From assembly GCA_965603825.1 (NCBI GenBank), contig CBFDEM010000026.1, positions 1 through 64,000 of the forward strand: a DNA stretch of 64,000 nt. The letters run 5' to 3'. Below the pieces are notes generated by a model. The model was given only the letters and a program-made list of their open reading frames with translations. It was not told where the DNA came from and made no database searches. Shown one piece after another: positions 14,257 to 27,655 of the stretch. Position 1 is the stretch's first letter. Each line of letters opens with the position of its first letter. A program made the translations under genes and the position numbers. The DNA is from Blepharisma stoltei ATCC 30299. Lineage: Eukaryota; Protista; Ciliophora.

Positions 14257-14602
14257 TAGAAGAATGAATAGGTGAATTTTCCCCAGAGATTTTCTTTCAG
14301 TTTTTGATCTGGATAAATGTTGTTGTGACAGATTTGAATTATTCTCATTTTGCAAATCCAATGTGTGAGGCTTTTTGGGTTTTTTAAAAACCTGAATGGG
14401 AGCAGGATATTTGCTAGAATTGTGGTTTTCTGGCCTATATAAAGTGCTTTGTGAAAATATTCTTTTTCCAGTCACAGAAGAGGAGCCTACTCGTGCCCCT
14501 GTGAATGAGCGATATGTGGTGGTTACTTCTAAGAACCCTGTGCTTTGGCCTATGAAAGTGCAATTGGCTTTGGTCAACTGAAAAATTAATTACTTGAGTC
14601 AT
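14257..14602 (-). pseudogene. Duplicated 5' fragment of the DUF4378 gene (copy of ~10497-10866) fused to a TM-gene 3' remnant
   Basis: Near-identical to 10497-10866 with an 11-nt deletion shortly after the ATG (frameshift). The upstream intergenic region is also duplicated (14603-16157 ~ 10867-12472). Confidence 0.9.
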
Positions 14603-15879
14603 ATTTAAATAGCAATTTTTGGAGTTGTTTATAAAGAAACAATAGAAGGATTAAAAAATAGAGGGAAAAGAAGTGATATTTTGAAGGGTTATTTATAAAA
14701 AATAGTCTCAACGATTGTTGTAAATGATAATAGTAAAGGTTTTTGATTGTAAAAGATGAAATTAGAAATTCTTGAATTATCAATCAACTGCTCTTTAAAA
14801 ATGTTAGCCCAATGCTATTTGAAAGTAAATTTCAATTGCAGGTCATAAACTTGGAAGCATATTAAAATACGACCATTACAAAAATTCTTAAAAAGTCTGT
14901 TTGATTTAGCCCAATTCGTGAAAAATACTTTTTACGCTTAAAGAGAGGTGCTATGCTATGTTGCTAAAAATGATTTCTATGTTTCAGAAATAAAATATTG
15001 AAAAATCTGAAATTATCATGAGATAAGTAAATTTGATGTCACAAAATTAGCATTCAACTATTTCGATACTCAGAGCTATAATAATAAATCAAATCAGCAT
15101 AATGACTTGGAAAATAATAATAAAAAATAAGATTTAAGTTATTCTCAACTTTTCTTCGAAATAATCAAAGAAGTAAGCTTAAAGGTTTCCTTTCATTGAA
15201 GAAGGAACAAATATTTCATTCGATTTTAGACATTTTTGTATTCGAAATATCTATTATTCAAGATGCTTAAAATAGCAAAAGCTTTTGCAAAATTTAAATG
15301 CCCTATTTTAATAAAGCAACTGAATGAGATTTGTTTAAATAAAAAAGTATAATTGGCTTGCTTACTCCTGTAGCTCAAACCTCAATATTGCTATTTGAAA
15401 AAAAAATTAATTAAAGGCCTTAAGCTGTGAGTGTATTAAAATACAATCTTTATAAAAATTTCCTAAAATTAATCAACCTTGCATATTTTTCAAGTTTAAG
15501 GATAGGTGCGATACTGCAACAAATAATTTTGTAAGTGTATAAAAGATTAAAAATCGAGCATCATTATGTGACTATAGATTGGATATAATTTGCATTTTAG
15601 CCTTATTATGCTTCATTTCATAATTTTTAGATCCATTCACAAATTTATTTCGGAATGACCTTATGGAGATTACTATTCACAAATAGATTTGATTCAGAAA
15701 GTTTTTGCGTTTAATTGAGATGATAGTTAAAATAAGTCAACTCAATATTATTTACTTCAAGTTTTTCGAATTTATTGATCTAAATTTCCATTTAAGCGTT
15801 TTGTGCTGCCTTAACTTAGAGCTAAAACTTATTGATTGTTGATTTAAAATACCATTCTATTATAGCAGTGCTGACTTAT

Positions 15880-16157
15880 TTTTAGTTTAGGCTAAGTCAC
15901 TGCTTTTGATTTTTAGTGCTCTTTAATAGATTCGTAATTTTCATTGTCTTTTTCGAAGAAGTTACCTACACTCGAAACATAAAAAATTGAAGATCTATTT
16001 TCGATAAAATTGGCTTACGCGTACTTTTATTTAAAATTATTAATTTTTAAAAGTCTTTTTCAAATCCCTTTTTAGAGTTCTAAGAACTCGCTTTTATATC
16101 CGTTTTTCAAAATTTATTTCGATAATTCATTTTTATTTATACGGATATAATTATTAA
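15880..16157 (+). promoter_or_regulatory. Conserved upstream block shared by all nine array copies (representative copy)
   Basis: About 280 bp (TTTAGTTTAGGCTAAGTCACT...GAAGATCTATTTTCGATAAA...ATTTATACGGATATAATTATTAA-ATG) is retained almost unchanged before every copy, whatever the spacer type. A promoter function is inferred only. Confidence 0.55.
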
Positions 16158-17513
16158 ATGGGAAGGTCGACCCGACTGAAGGCATGCTTTATATTTTTTT
16201 GTTTTTCCTTTGGTATTGCTGCTTATTCTCCTTTTGCAAAATGGGTTTTTACCCCAAACAATCTAGTAAATGGGAAGATCAATGACTTATCATCTAATAA
16301 CAATCAGCCTTTCGCATTAAATGGTGAACTAATTGCTACATCAGCAGTAACTTGCAAAGGACTTCATACAGCTTCTTCCGATACTTATTACTCAGGAACT
16401 GCTAGTGCTATTCCCTCGTCCGCAGAAGAGCTTGGGGTAAGTATATGAATGAGCTTGCAAGATAATGGAAGGCCAGTTTATGTATCAATTCGTGGTCCAG
16501 ACATGTCACTTTATGGAGTCGAATTTAAATATCACACAACTTTGATGTTTTTTGCACCTTCAGACAGTATAAAAGAAGTTCCTATTTCCGAAGGTATGTT
16601 TTAGATAGGAAAATGAATATTTTTGGTATTTTATTTTGTTAAAATTCAATCCCTTTGGACTTTGACAGTTATTTCTCCAGAGTTTTCCACTGTTACTTTA
16701 ACTGATACTACCGGCCCAGGGAATAAAATTATGATTGGAAACTATATAGATACATACTATTATGAGATTCAATTCTTCAAAAAAGCTACTATGGACTCGT
16801 CTATTGTCACTTTATATGACAACTCTGATGCTACTTATGATGCTACAACTTCGACTTGTCCAGTTTCTTGCAATACTTATTGTCACTCCGATGTGGGATG
16901 CTTGAGCTCAACAGCCTGCCCATGCGCGGGACTTTGCATGTGCTCTGCAAATGATGGTGTGTGCTCATCTTGCAATGATCCAAATGGTGACCTTGCAAAT
17001 AAGTGTCAGTGTAAAACTGGTTATGATCTCCAAGGAAACATATGTGTCTTAAGTAATTTTTATACAGAATCCCCTCCTAATTGTGCATTATGAACAGCAG
17101 AAAAGGTATGCACTCAATGCAATCCAAGCTTTTTTCTCTATAATAGCGGCTCTTCTACAAGCTGCTTAGGTAACTTTTATTTAGCTTGTGACTCATGCAC
17201 TTCTTGCAATGCTAGTCCTACTTGCTTTAAATGTACCGATGTAATTTCTCAAGCTGGAAATTCCTGTAAAGTTGACTCTGTTGGCTACAAGTTTAGCTTT
17301 GTCTCTCCAAACATTATTGTTGACTTCGCCTATCCTTTGGCAAAGACTCTAAAAATCAGCAACTTAAAAGCAACAACTACTGATAACCAGGCTATCTCGA
17401 CCACTACTTGGGAAATCCACTCACAAACTGCAAGCCAGCTACAGATTAGAACTGATCTTATTCTAAGCCAGCTCCCAATCAAGCTTAAATTCAGCTTTGA
17501 GCAGGATCTTTAG
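16158..17513 (+). CDS. Array copy 2, intact, 441 aa: signal peptide, LamG/ConA-like domain, Cys-rich (furin/EGF-like) region, beta-rich C-terminal domain
   Basis: Open frame with TGA=W after removing introns 16594-16608 and 17170-17184. Hydrophobic N-terminus ACFIFFCFSFGIAA; no TM helix or GPI tail visible. Confidence 0.9.
16594..16608 (+). other. 15-nt spliceosomal intron GTATGTTTTAGATAG (intron 1 of array genes; representative)
   Basis: GT..AG, A at position 10, contains an in-frame TAG. Splicing gives ISEGKWIFLVF. Present in all nine copies with minor variants. Confidence 0.92.
17170..17184 (+). other. 15-nt intron GTAACTTTTATTTAG (intron 2 of array genes; representative)
   Basis: GT..AG with A at position 10. 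Splicing gives SCLACDSCTSC. The intron is in frame and has no stop, so splicing is inferred rather than forced. Confidence 0.8.
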
Positions 17514-17559
17514 AAGGATAATTAAGATCGACTTCATGGAAATTAATTTTTGCAATAAT

Positions 17560-18640
17560 AGATGAAGTGCGATGCAATATACTTCTTTTTCATAATGAGT
17601 TAAAAATTATGAGCTCTCTAAATATTACTATTATTGATATTTAAAGAAAAAATATAATTCACTAATATAGGAAAAATATATTTATAATACTTATTATATT
17701 GGGGAATGGAATTATTTGCATCAAAGAATTAATTTTCCTAAAATACTTTTTTCCTCTAATTAAAAAAGCAAATAAATCTCAAAGTGCATAATAAACGAAT
17801 TCTCAATAAAAACATCCAAAACTCCTATAATCACATTCATTTGGCCATCAACCACACTTTGTGAATACTGATCAATCTGGATGATTAGCCCATTAAATCT
17901 CAACTTTCAGTCGTTTATAAATAGATTAAATCGCTCCAGCTGAAACTCCGAAAATAAATCTAATATAATCAGCTTGAAATAAAGCCATTTCTCCAGTTGA
18001 ATTAAGCCCATTGCCAATTCATCTCAAGTCGAATCGTCAGCTTTTTCGAAAAATATTTTGAAAAAATGTGGGAATATTTGGAATTTCTTATGACAGATTG
18101 CGAACGTTTAATTCTTTGCATGGTGTCTTTTATTGAAACTAAACTATTTCTGAAAGCATATGAGTAAGGCATTTGATTTTGAAGAGAAATCCCAACAGTC
18201 TCACCTCCACTTTCTGTTGCTCATATTCCTAAGCTGACATATAAAATTGCATGCTTATTAGTTGATTATTTCAGGCCGATTAAGAGTTTGGGCACAATTT
18301 TCATATAGATAAGCTATTTACAATAGAAAACAGCAATATCGATAAGTTATAGGGAAAATCTTCATAGGTATTTTGGAGTTAAATGGAATTTTTGAAGGAT
18401 TTCTAATTACTTGTCTATGATATTGAGAAAACTTAATACCAAAGCCTTATGACTTTTTGTTTCAAGTGTCAAAGGGCTTCTACAAGAATTCAAGAGCTCT
18501 AAAATGCATATTTGGCGACCCTAAAATGGCCGTAACAAGAGTGGGCTTGGAGGTATATATTTTTAGCATATCCAGTTTATTTCGAAAATTTGTAATAATT
18601 TTCGAAATCCTTTAAGACCAAAGAGAGAGCATGCTACTAG
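17560..18640 (-). pseudogene. Degenerate remnant of a membrane-protein gene in spacer type B (repeated at ~29740-30840)
   Basis: An open stretch reads LGIWATESGGETVGISLQNQMPYSYAFRNSLVSIKDTMQRIKR on the minus strand. Its left part is homologous to 37400-37730. Confidence 0.45.
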
Positions 18641-19658
18641 CGATAAGTTTAGCTTAAGCAAAATAAGTATAACTGGCTTGCTTAATCCTGTAGCTCAACT
18701 TCAATAGTGCTATTTGAAGAAAAAAACTAATCAAAGACCATAAGCTGGGAGCATATTAAAATGTACATATTTTTAAGTTTAAGGATAGGCGTGATACTGT
18801 TACAAATAATTTTCTAAGACTTATCTTAATAATTTAAACTTTACGAATAAATTGAAGTCTTTATTAGGATTATAATTATAAGCTTAAGTTCGTAAATTAA
18901 CTCATTTCGTAGCTTGCTATCAGAATTTCTTCCATTTAAGCTATTTGTGCAGCCTTAACTTAAGAGCTTAACTTAAAATAACTATTAAAATTATAGCATT
19001 ATAGAAGAATCCGCTTCATGAATTTCCCTAACCCAACTTTTATTATAGGGCTAAGTTTTGTACATAATTTATGTCTGATAGTCTGATGAAGTCAAGACTA
19101 CTTAGCATCTTTCATTTTCGTGCTTTACCTCTTCCTGTGCTTGATACTGTAAGACCATTAGACCAAACAGGTGCTAGTAGATAAGGTGATAGCAAGGCCG
19201 CTTGAATTTTCAGAGCTTCTGGATTATTAAATAACTAATTGAAGCTAAAATCGAGTCAAAGGTGTATGAGCAATCTAGGGTAGCGAGAAAAATGCCCCTC
19301 ATTGAACTGGTATTTAGAGGCTAGATTATCGGATAAGAAAATTAAGTTATTACATATTTATAGCAATGACTAAATTATTTTTTAGTTTAGGCTAAGTCAC
19401 TGACTTTTAATTTTTCAGTGATCTTTAATAGATTTATAATTTTCATTTTCTTTTTCGAAGAAGTTACCTGCACTCGAAACATAAAAAATTGAAGATCTAT
19501 TTTCGATAAAACGTGCTTACACGTGCTTTTATTTAAAATTATTAATTTTTAAAAGTCTTTTTCAAATCCCTTTTTAGAGTTCTAAGAGCTGGCTTTTATA
19601 TCCTTTTTTAAAATTTATTTCGATAATTCATTTTTATTTATACGGATATAATTACTAA

Positions 19659-20993
19659 ATGGGAAGGTCGACCCGACTGAAGGCATGCTTTATAATTTTT
19701 TGTTTTTCCTTTGGTATTGCTGCTTATTCTCCTTTTGCAAAATGGGTTTTTACCCCAAACAATCTAGTAGATGGGAAGATCAAAGACTTATCATCATATA
19801 GCAATATGCCTTTCAGAGCATCAGGAGCTGGTGAAATAATTGCTACATCAGATGTAACTTGTAAAGGTTTTCATACCTATTCTCAAAATGGTTACTACTC
19901 AGGAATTGCAAGTGCCATTTCCTGGTCCACAGCAGAGCTTGGGGTAAGTATATGAATGAGCTTGCAAGGCAATGGAATCCCAGTTTCACTATATCCTTAT
20001 TTAACCACATTTAAGGATCAAATTTTGATCTTTAAGACACCTTATAATAAAATAAAAGAAGTTCCTATTTCTCAAGGTATGTTTTAGATAGGAAAGTGAA
20101 TATTTTTGGTATTTTATTTTATTAAAATTCAAACCCTTTGGACTTGGACAGTTATTTCTCCAGAGTTTTCCGCTTTTAGTTTAACTGATATCACCAGCCC
20201 AGGGAATACAATTATAATTGGCTGAAATATAGATGCAGACTATTATGAGATTCAAGTCTTCAAAAAAGCTACTATAAACTCGTCTATTGTCACTTTATAT
20301 GACATCTCTGATGCTACTTATGATGCTACAACTTCGACTTGTCCAGCTTCTTGCGCCAGTTATTGTCAACCCGAAATGGGATGTTTAAGCTCAACAACTT
20401 GCCCATGCCCGGCACTTTGCACATGCTCTACAAATGATGGAGTGTGCTCATCTTGTAACGATCCAAATGGTGACCTTGCAAATAAGTGTCAATGCAAAAC
20501 TAATTATGCTCTCGAAGGACTTACTTGTGTCTTAAGTAATTTTTATGCAGATTCTCCTCTCAATTGTGCATTATGAACAGCAGAAAAGGTATGCACTCAA
20601 TGCAATCCAAACTTTTTCCTCTATAATAGCGGCTCTTCTACAAGCTGCTTAGGTAACTTTTATTTAGCTTGTGACTCATGCACTTCTTGCAATGCTAGTC
20701 CTACTTGCTTTAAATGTGCTGATGTAATTTCTCAATCTGGAAACTCCTGCAGAGTTTACTCAGTTGGGTACAAGTTTAGCTTTGTCTCTCCAAACATTAT
20801 TGTTGACTTCGCCTATCCGTTGGCAAAGACTCTAAAAATTAGCAACTTAAAAGCAACAACTGATAGCCAGGATATCGCGACCACTACTTGGCAAATACAC
20901 TCACAAACTGCAAGCCAGCTACAGATTAGAACTGATCTTGTTCTAAGCCAGCTCCCAATCAAGCTTAAATTCAGCTTTGAGCAGGAGTCTTAG
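19659..20993 (+). CDS. Array copy 3, intact
   Basis: ATG to TAG in frame (1335 nt including two 15-nt introns); only TGA codons inside the exons. Confidence 0.88.
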
Positions 20994-21468
20994 AAGGATA
21001 ATTAATTCTTCTTTCTTAAGTTCGACTTCGAATTTAATTTTTATCAATAATAGATGAGCATGCTAAAATATATTTCCTTTTCTAACTCGCGCCAAAATTC
21101 TAATCTCTTAAAAATTGCTTTTATTAAAATTTAAAGAAAAAATCTAAATCACTATTGCAGGAAAAGCTATATTTATTATATTAGCGATAGGAATTATTTT
21201 CATCAAAGATTTAATTTTCCTAAAATACTTCCCTAACAGAATCAAAAGTATATAATAAATGAAATCAGATTAAAGCCACCCAAAACTCCTATAATCACAT
21301 TACTTTGGCTATCAACTACACTTTGTAAATTCTGATCAATTTCATTGCTTAGCCTATTAAAGCTCAAATCTAAGTCGCTTATAGCTAGTATAAATGGTGC
21401 CTGCCTAAGAAAACTCCAAAAATCAATCTAGTTATATTTCGAGTTATCAAAAGTTTCATAAAAAGCCC

Positions 21469-21814
21469 TAGAAGGATGAATAGGTGAATTTTCCCCAGAG
21501 ATTTTCTTTCAGTTTTTGATCTGGATAAATGTTGTTGTGACAGATTCGAATTATTCTCATTTTGCAAATCCAATGTGTGAGGCTTTTTGGGTTTTTTAAA
21601 AACCTGAACGGGAACAGGATATTTGCTAGAATTGTGGTTTTCTGGCCTATATAAAGTGCTTTGTGAAAATATTCTTTTTCCAGTCACAGAAGAGTAGCCT
21701 ACTCGTGCCCCTATGAATGAGCGATATGTGGTGGTTACTTCTAAGAACCCTGTGCTTTGGCCTATGAGAGTGCAATTGGCTTTGGTCAACTGAAAAGTTA
21801 ATTACTTGAGTCAT
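21469..21814 (-). pseudogene. Second duplicated 5' fragment of the DUF4378 gene
   Basis: Same junction and same deletions as 14257-14602. Confidence 0.9.
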
Positions 21815-23266
21815 ATTTAAATAGCAATTATTTGAGTTGTTTATAAAGAAACAATAGAAGGATTAAAAAATAGAGGAAAAAGACGGTGATATTTTGAAGG
21901 GTTATTTATAAAAAATAGTCTCAACGATTGTTGTAAAGGATAATAGTAAAAGTTTCTTATTGTAAAAGATGAAATTCGAAATTCTTGAATTATCAATCAA
22001 CTGCTCTTTAACAATGTTAGCCCAATGCTATTTGAAAGTAAATTTCAATTGCAGGTCATAAACTTGGAAGCATATTAAAATACGACCATTACAAAAATTC
22101 TTAAAAAGTCTGTTTGATTTAGCCCAATTCGTGAAAAATCCTTTTTACGCTTAAAGAGAGGTGCTATGCTATGCTGCTAAAAATGATTTCTATGTTTCAG
22201 AAATAAAAATTGAAAAATCTGAAATTATCATGAGATAGTTTACGGAATAATATTTCCTTAGCATTCAGCTATTCCGATACTCAGAGCTATAATAATAAAT
22301 CAAATCAGCATAATGACTTGGAAAATAATAATAATAAAAATTAAGATTTAAGTTATTCTCAACTTTTCTTCGAAATAATCAAAGAAAAAAGCTTAAAAAG
22401 TTTCCTTTCATTGAAGAAGGAACCAATATTCCATTCTATTTTAGACATTTTTGTATTCAAAATATCTATTATTCAAGATGCTTACAGCATTTAAAATAGC
22501 AAAAGCTTTGCAAAATTTAAATGCCCTATTTTAATGAAGCAACTTAATGAGATTTGTTTAAATGATAAAATATAGTTGGCTTGCTTACTCCTGCAGCTCA
22601 AACTTCAATATTGCTATTTGAAAAAAAAAATTTAATTAAAGGCCATATGCTGTGAGTGTATTAAAATACAATCTTTATAAAAATTTTCTAAAATTAATCT
22701 AGACTTGTGTATTTTTTCAAGTTTAAGGATAGGTGCGATATTGCAACAAATAATTTTGTAAGCGTATAAAAGATTAAAAATCGAGCATCATTATGTGACT
22801 ATAGATTGGATGTAATTTGCATTTTAGCCTTATATGGTTCAATTCATAATTTTTAAATCCATTCACATTTTCGAAAGAATTGATCTAAGCTTCTATTTAA
22901 GCTATTTGTGCTGCCTTAACTTAAGAGCTAAAACTTATTGATTGTTGACTTAAAAAGCCACCCTATTATAGCAGTGGCTGACTTATTTTTTAGTTTAGGC
23001 TAAGTCACTGGCTTTTAATTTTTCAGTGCTCTTTAATTGATTCGTAATTTTTATTGTCGTTTTCCAAGAAGTTATCTACACCGAAACATAAAAAATTGAA
23101 GATCTATTTTCGATAAAACGGGCTTATGCGTGCTTTTATTTAAAATTATTAATTTTTAAAAGTCTTTTTCAAATCCCTTTTTAGAGTTCTAAGAACTCGC
23201 TTTTATACCCGTTTTTCAAAATTTATTTCGATAATTCATTTTTATTTATACGGATATAATTATTAA

Positions 23267-24617
23267 ATGGGAAGGTGACCCGACTGAAGGCATGCTTTAT
23301 AATTTTTTGTTTTTCCTTTGGTATTGCTGCTTATTCTCCTCTTGCAAAATGGGTTTTTACCCCAAACAATCTAGTAAATGGGAAGATCAAAGACTTATCA
23401 TCTAATAGCAATGAGCCTTTCGCAGGAGATGGTAAAATAATTGCTACATCAGATGTAACTTGTAAAGGTCTTCATACCGCTTCTTCCAATAGCGATTACT
23501 GAGGAACTGCAAGTGCTATTCCCTCGTCCACAGTAGAGTATGGGGTAAGTATATGAATGAGCTTGCAAGGCAATGGAGATCCAGTTTATATAAAACGCTA
23601 TTATAACGCCATGAAACTTCATCAAGCCACATTTAAGGACCAAATCTTGATCTTTAGTCTATCTTATGGCCAAAAGGAAGAAGTTCCTATTTCCGAAGGT
23701 ATGTTTTAGATAGGAAAATGAATATTTTTGGTATATTATTTTGTTAAAATTCAATCCATTTGGGTTTGGACAGTTATTTCTCCAGAGTTTTCCACTGTTA
23801 CTTTATTTGATGACTACGAACCAGGGAATACAATTATAATTGGAAATTATATAGATGCAGACTATTATGAGATTCAATTCTTCAAAAAAGCTACTATAAA
23901 CTCGTCTATTGTCACTTTATATGACATCTCTGATGCTACTTATGATGCTACAACTTCGACTTGTCCAGCCTCTTGCGCCAGTTATTGTCACCCCGAAATG
24001 GGATGCTGAGCTCAACAGCTTGCCCGTGTCCGACAATTTGCACATGCTCTGCAAATGATGGAGTGTGCTCATCTTGCAACGATCCAAATGGTGACCTTGC
24101 AAATAAGTGTCAATGCAAAACTAATTATGCTCTCGAAGGACTTACTTGTGTCTTAAGTAATTTTTATGCAGATTCTCCTCTCAATTGTGCATTATGAACA
24201 GCAGAAAAGGTATGCACTCAATGCGATCCAAACTTTTTTCTCTATAATAGCGGCTCTTCTACAAGCTGCTTAGGTAACTTTTATTTAGCTTGTGACTCAT
24301 GCACTTCTTGCAATGCTAGTCCTACTTGCTTTAAATGTGCTGATGTAATTTCTCAATCTGGAAACTCTTGCAGAGTTTACTCAGTTGGGTACAAGTTTAG
24401 CTTTGTCTCTCCAAACATTATTGTTGACTTCGCCTATCCTTTGGCAAAGACTCTAAAAATTAGCAACTTAAAAGCAACAACTAAGGATAGCCAGGCTATC
24501 GCGACAACTACTTGGCAAATACACTCACAAACTGCAAGCCAGCTACAGATTAGAACTGATCTTATTCTAAGCCAGCTCCCAATCAAGCTTAAATTCAGCT
24601 TTGAGCAGGAGTCTTAG
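23267..24617 (+). pseudogene. Array copy 4, two 1-nt deletions
   Basis: AGGTGACC instead of AGGTCGACC at ~23275, and TGCTGAGC instead of TGCTTGAGC at ~24006. Confidence 0.75.
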
Positions 24618-26316
24618 AAGGATAATTAATTCTTCTTTCTTAAGTTCGACTTCGAATTTAATTTTTATCAATAATAGATGAGCATGCTAAAATATATTTC
24701 CTTTTCTAACTCGCACCAAAATTCTAATCTCTTAAAAATTGCTATTATTAAAATTTAAAGAAAAAATCTAAATCACTATTGCAGGAAAAGCTATATTTAT
24801 TATATTAACGATAGGAATTATTTTCATCAAAGATTTAATTTTCCTAAAATAAAAGTATATAATAAATGAAATCAAATTACTTTGGCCATCAACTACACTT
24901 TGTGAATTCTGATCAATTTCATTGCTTAGCCCATTAAAGCTCAAATCTAAGTCGCTTATAGCTAGTATAAATGGTGCCAGCTTAAGAAAACTCTGAAAAT
25001 AAATCTAGTTATATTTCGAGTTATCAAAAGTTTCATAAAAAGCCCTAAATAAAAATGTTTCGCTTGAAAACGATAAGTAAAACCCTAATGCATTTTGCTA
25101 TTTTCTTAAAACTTGATTGGTCTACGCTCTTGAAGCAATCGGCTAGACAATTAGAGAATTATGAATTAGGCACCATCAATTTATTGATAAAAATTATATG
25201 TTTAAGTTCATTTCAATACCAAATTTTCAGAATTAATTCATTTTTATCTAGCTAAATCATATTTGTTGATAGATTATATTAATAATTCCTTGATATGAAC
25301 AACAATAGATGGGCACATAGTTAAAATAATTTTAAATAAAATAATAGAAGAGCTATTTATTTTGAGCGCATAAAACTGTAAACCTAAATATTGTAAATTC
25401 TAGATTACCTCTTGACCATTTGAGAAACATTGAGAAAAATCTGGTTTTATTAAAGCAACTAGGTCATTAAATAATGTTTTCAAAGGGATTCCTACCAAGC
25501 TGTCGCCTTTATTTTTTGTGAATTTTCTGTATAAGACGAAATTTCAAAAATTTCTGTTAAAATTGCGATCTCGTGCTTTGTTGGCTTGAAAGTTAAAATG
25601 CTGACGATACTATGATTAACAGAAGTTATGAGACTTTTCTTATAAACTCTAATATAAAATAGAAGGAAGATTCAAGAAAATCCTTCTTTTAAATCAATAT
25701 TTGGATTCGAACTAAATTGCAGTCAAATATAAATTCCTTTGCAAGCTCTTCTTATAATAGGAAATATAAAGATTCGCTAAATTATTTCCTACAAGGAAAT
25801 TTAAAGGAGTTTATAAGATTTCTGAAGCTTTTTTGTTAGCAAAAATAATTGTCCCAAAACTCTCTTCTTTATATGAGATGATAAAAATTCCATTAATATC
25901 GATTAAAAGCTGAAATCTTGGCTTCATCAATATAATTTTTGTAAATTCTATCGAATTATTGCAATTTGTTATCAATTCGGATGAATATCGGATAAGAAAA
26001 TTAAGTTATTACATATTTATAGCAATGACTAAATTATTTTTTAGTTTAGGTAAGTCACTGACTTTTAATTTTTCAGTGCTCTTTAATAGATTCATAATTT
26101 GTTATTGTTTTTTCGAAGAAGTTACCTACACTCGAAATATAAAAAATTGAAGATCTATTTTCGATAAAATATGCTTACGCGTGCTTTTATTTAAAATTAT
26201 TAATTTTTAAAAGTCTTTTTGAATCCCTTTTTAGAGTTCTAAGAACTCGCTTTTATATCCGTTTTTCAAAATTTATTTCGATAATTCATTTTTATTTATA
26301 CGGATATAATTATTAA

Positions 26317-27655
26317 ATGGGAAGGTCGACCCGACTGAAGGCATGCTTTATAATTTTTTGTTTTTCCTTTGGTATTGCTGCTTATTCTCCTTTTGCAAAA
26401 TGGGTTTTTACCCCAAACAATCTAGTAGATGGGAAGATCAAAGACTTATCATCTAATAGCAATATGCCTTTCAGAGCATTAGAAGATCATGAAATAATTG
26501 CTACATCAGATGTAACTTGTAAAGGTTTTCATACCTATTCTCATCTATGGAACTGCAAGTGCTATTTCCTCGTCCACAGTAGAGCTTGGGGTAAGTATAT
26601 GAATGAGCCTGCAAGGCAATGGATACCCAGTTTCAATATGACCTTCTTATGGAGAAAATCTACCTTATTCAACCACATTTAAGGATCACACAATCTTGAC
26701 CTTTAAGACACCTTCAGATGAAATAAAAGAAGTTCCTATTTCCGAAGGTATGTTTTAGATAGGAAAATGAATATTTTTGGTATTTTATTTTGTTAAAATT
26801 CAAACCCTTTGGACTTGGACAGTTATTTCTCCAGAGTTCTCCGCTTTTAGTTTAACTGATACCACCGGCCCAGGGGATGAAATTATAATTGGAAATTATA
26901 TAGATGCAGACTATTATGAGATTCAATTCTTCAAAAAAGCTACTATAAATTCTTCTATTGTCACTTTATATGACATCTCTGATGCTACTTATGATGCTAC
27001 AACTTCGACTTGTCCAGCTTCTTGCAATACTTATTGTCACTCCGATGTGGGATGCTTGAGCTCAACAGCTTGCCCATGCCCGGCACTTTGCACATGCTCT
27101 GCAAATGATGGAATGTGCTCATCTTGCAACAATCCAAATGGTGACCTTGCAAATAAGTGTCAATGCAAAACTAATTATGCTCTCGAAGGACTTACTTGTG
27201 TCTTAAGTAATTTTTATGCAGATTCTCCTCTCAATTGTGCATTATGAACACCAGAAAAGGTATGCACTCAATGCAATCCAAACTTTTTTCTCTATAATAG
27301 CGGCTGCATAGGTAACTTTTATTTAGCTTGTGACTCATGTACTTCTTGCAATGCTAGTCCTATTTGCTTTACATGTGCTGATGTAATTTCTCAATCTGGA
27401 AACTCTTGCAGAGTAGACTCAGTTGGGTACAAGTTTAGCTTTGTCTCTCCAAACATTATTGTTGACTTCACCTATCCTTTGGCAAAGACTCTAAAAATCA
27501 GCAATTTAAAAGCAACAACTACGGATAACCAGGCTATCTCGACCACTACTTGGCAAATCCACTCACAAACGGCAAGCCAGCTACAGATTAGAACTGATCT
27601 TATTCTAAGCCAGCTCCCAATCAAACTTGACTTCAGCTTTGAGCAGGACCCTTAG
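26317..27655 (+). pseudogene. Array copy 5, frameshifting deletion near 26543
   Basis: TCTCATCTATGGAACTGCA shifts the frame inside hypervariable segment 2; the downstream ORF at 26777 is out of frame with the ATG. There is also an in-frame 12-nt deletion at ~27303. Confidence 0.8.

Noticed and set aside
14146-14577. Functional chimeric protein (also 21385-21789)
   Set aside because: It starts at TTG; the inherited ATG (14600-14602) is out of frame because of an 11-nt deletion.
16437-16453. GTAAGTATATGAATGAG as an intron removing the TGA in array genes
   Set aside because: It is 17 nt and would shift the frame. Reading through gives the conserved GVSIWM strand.
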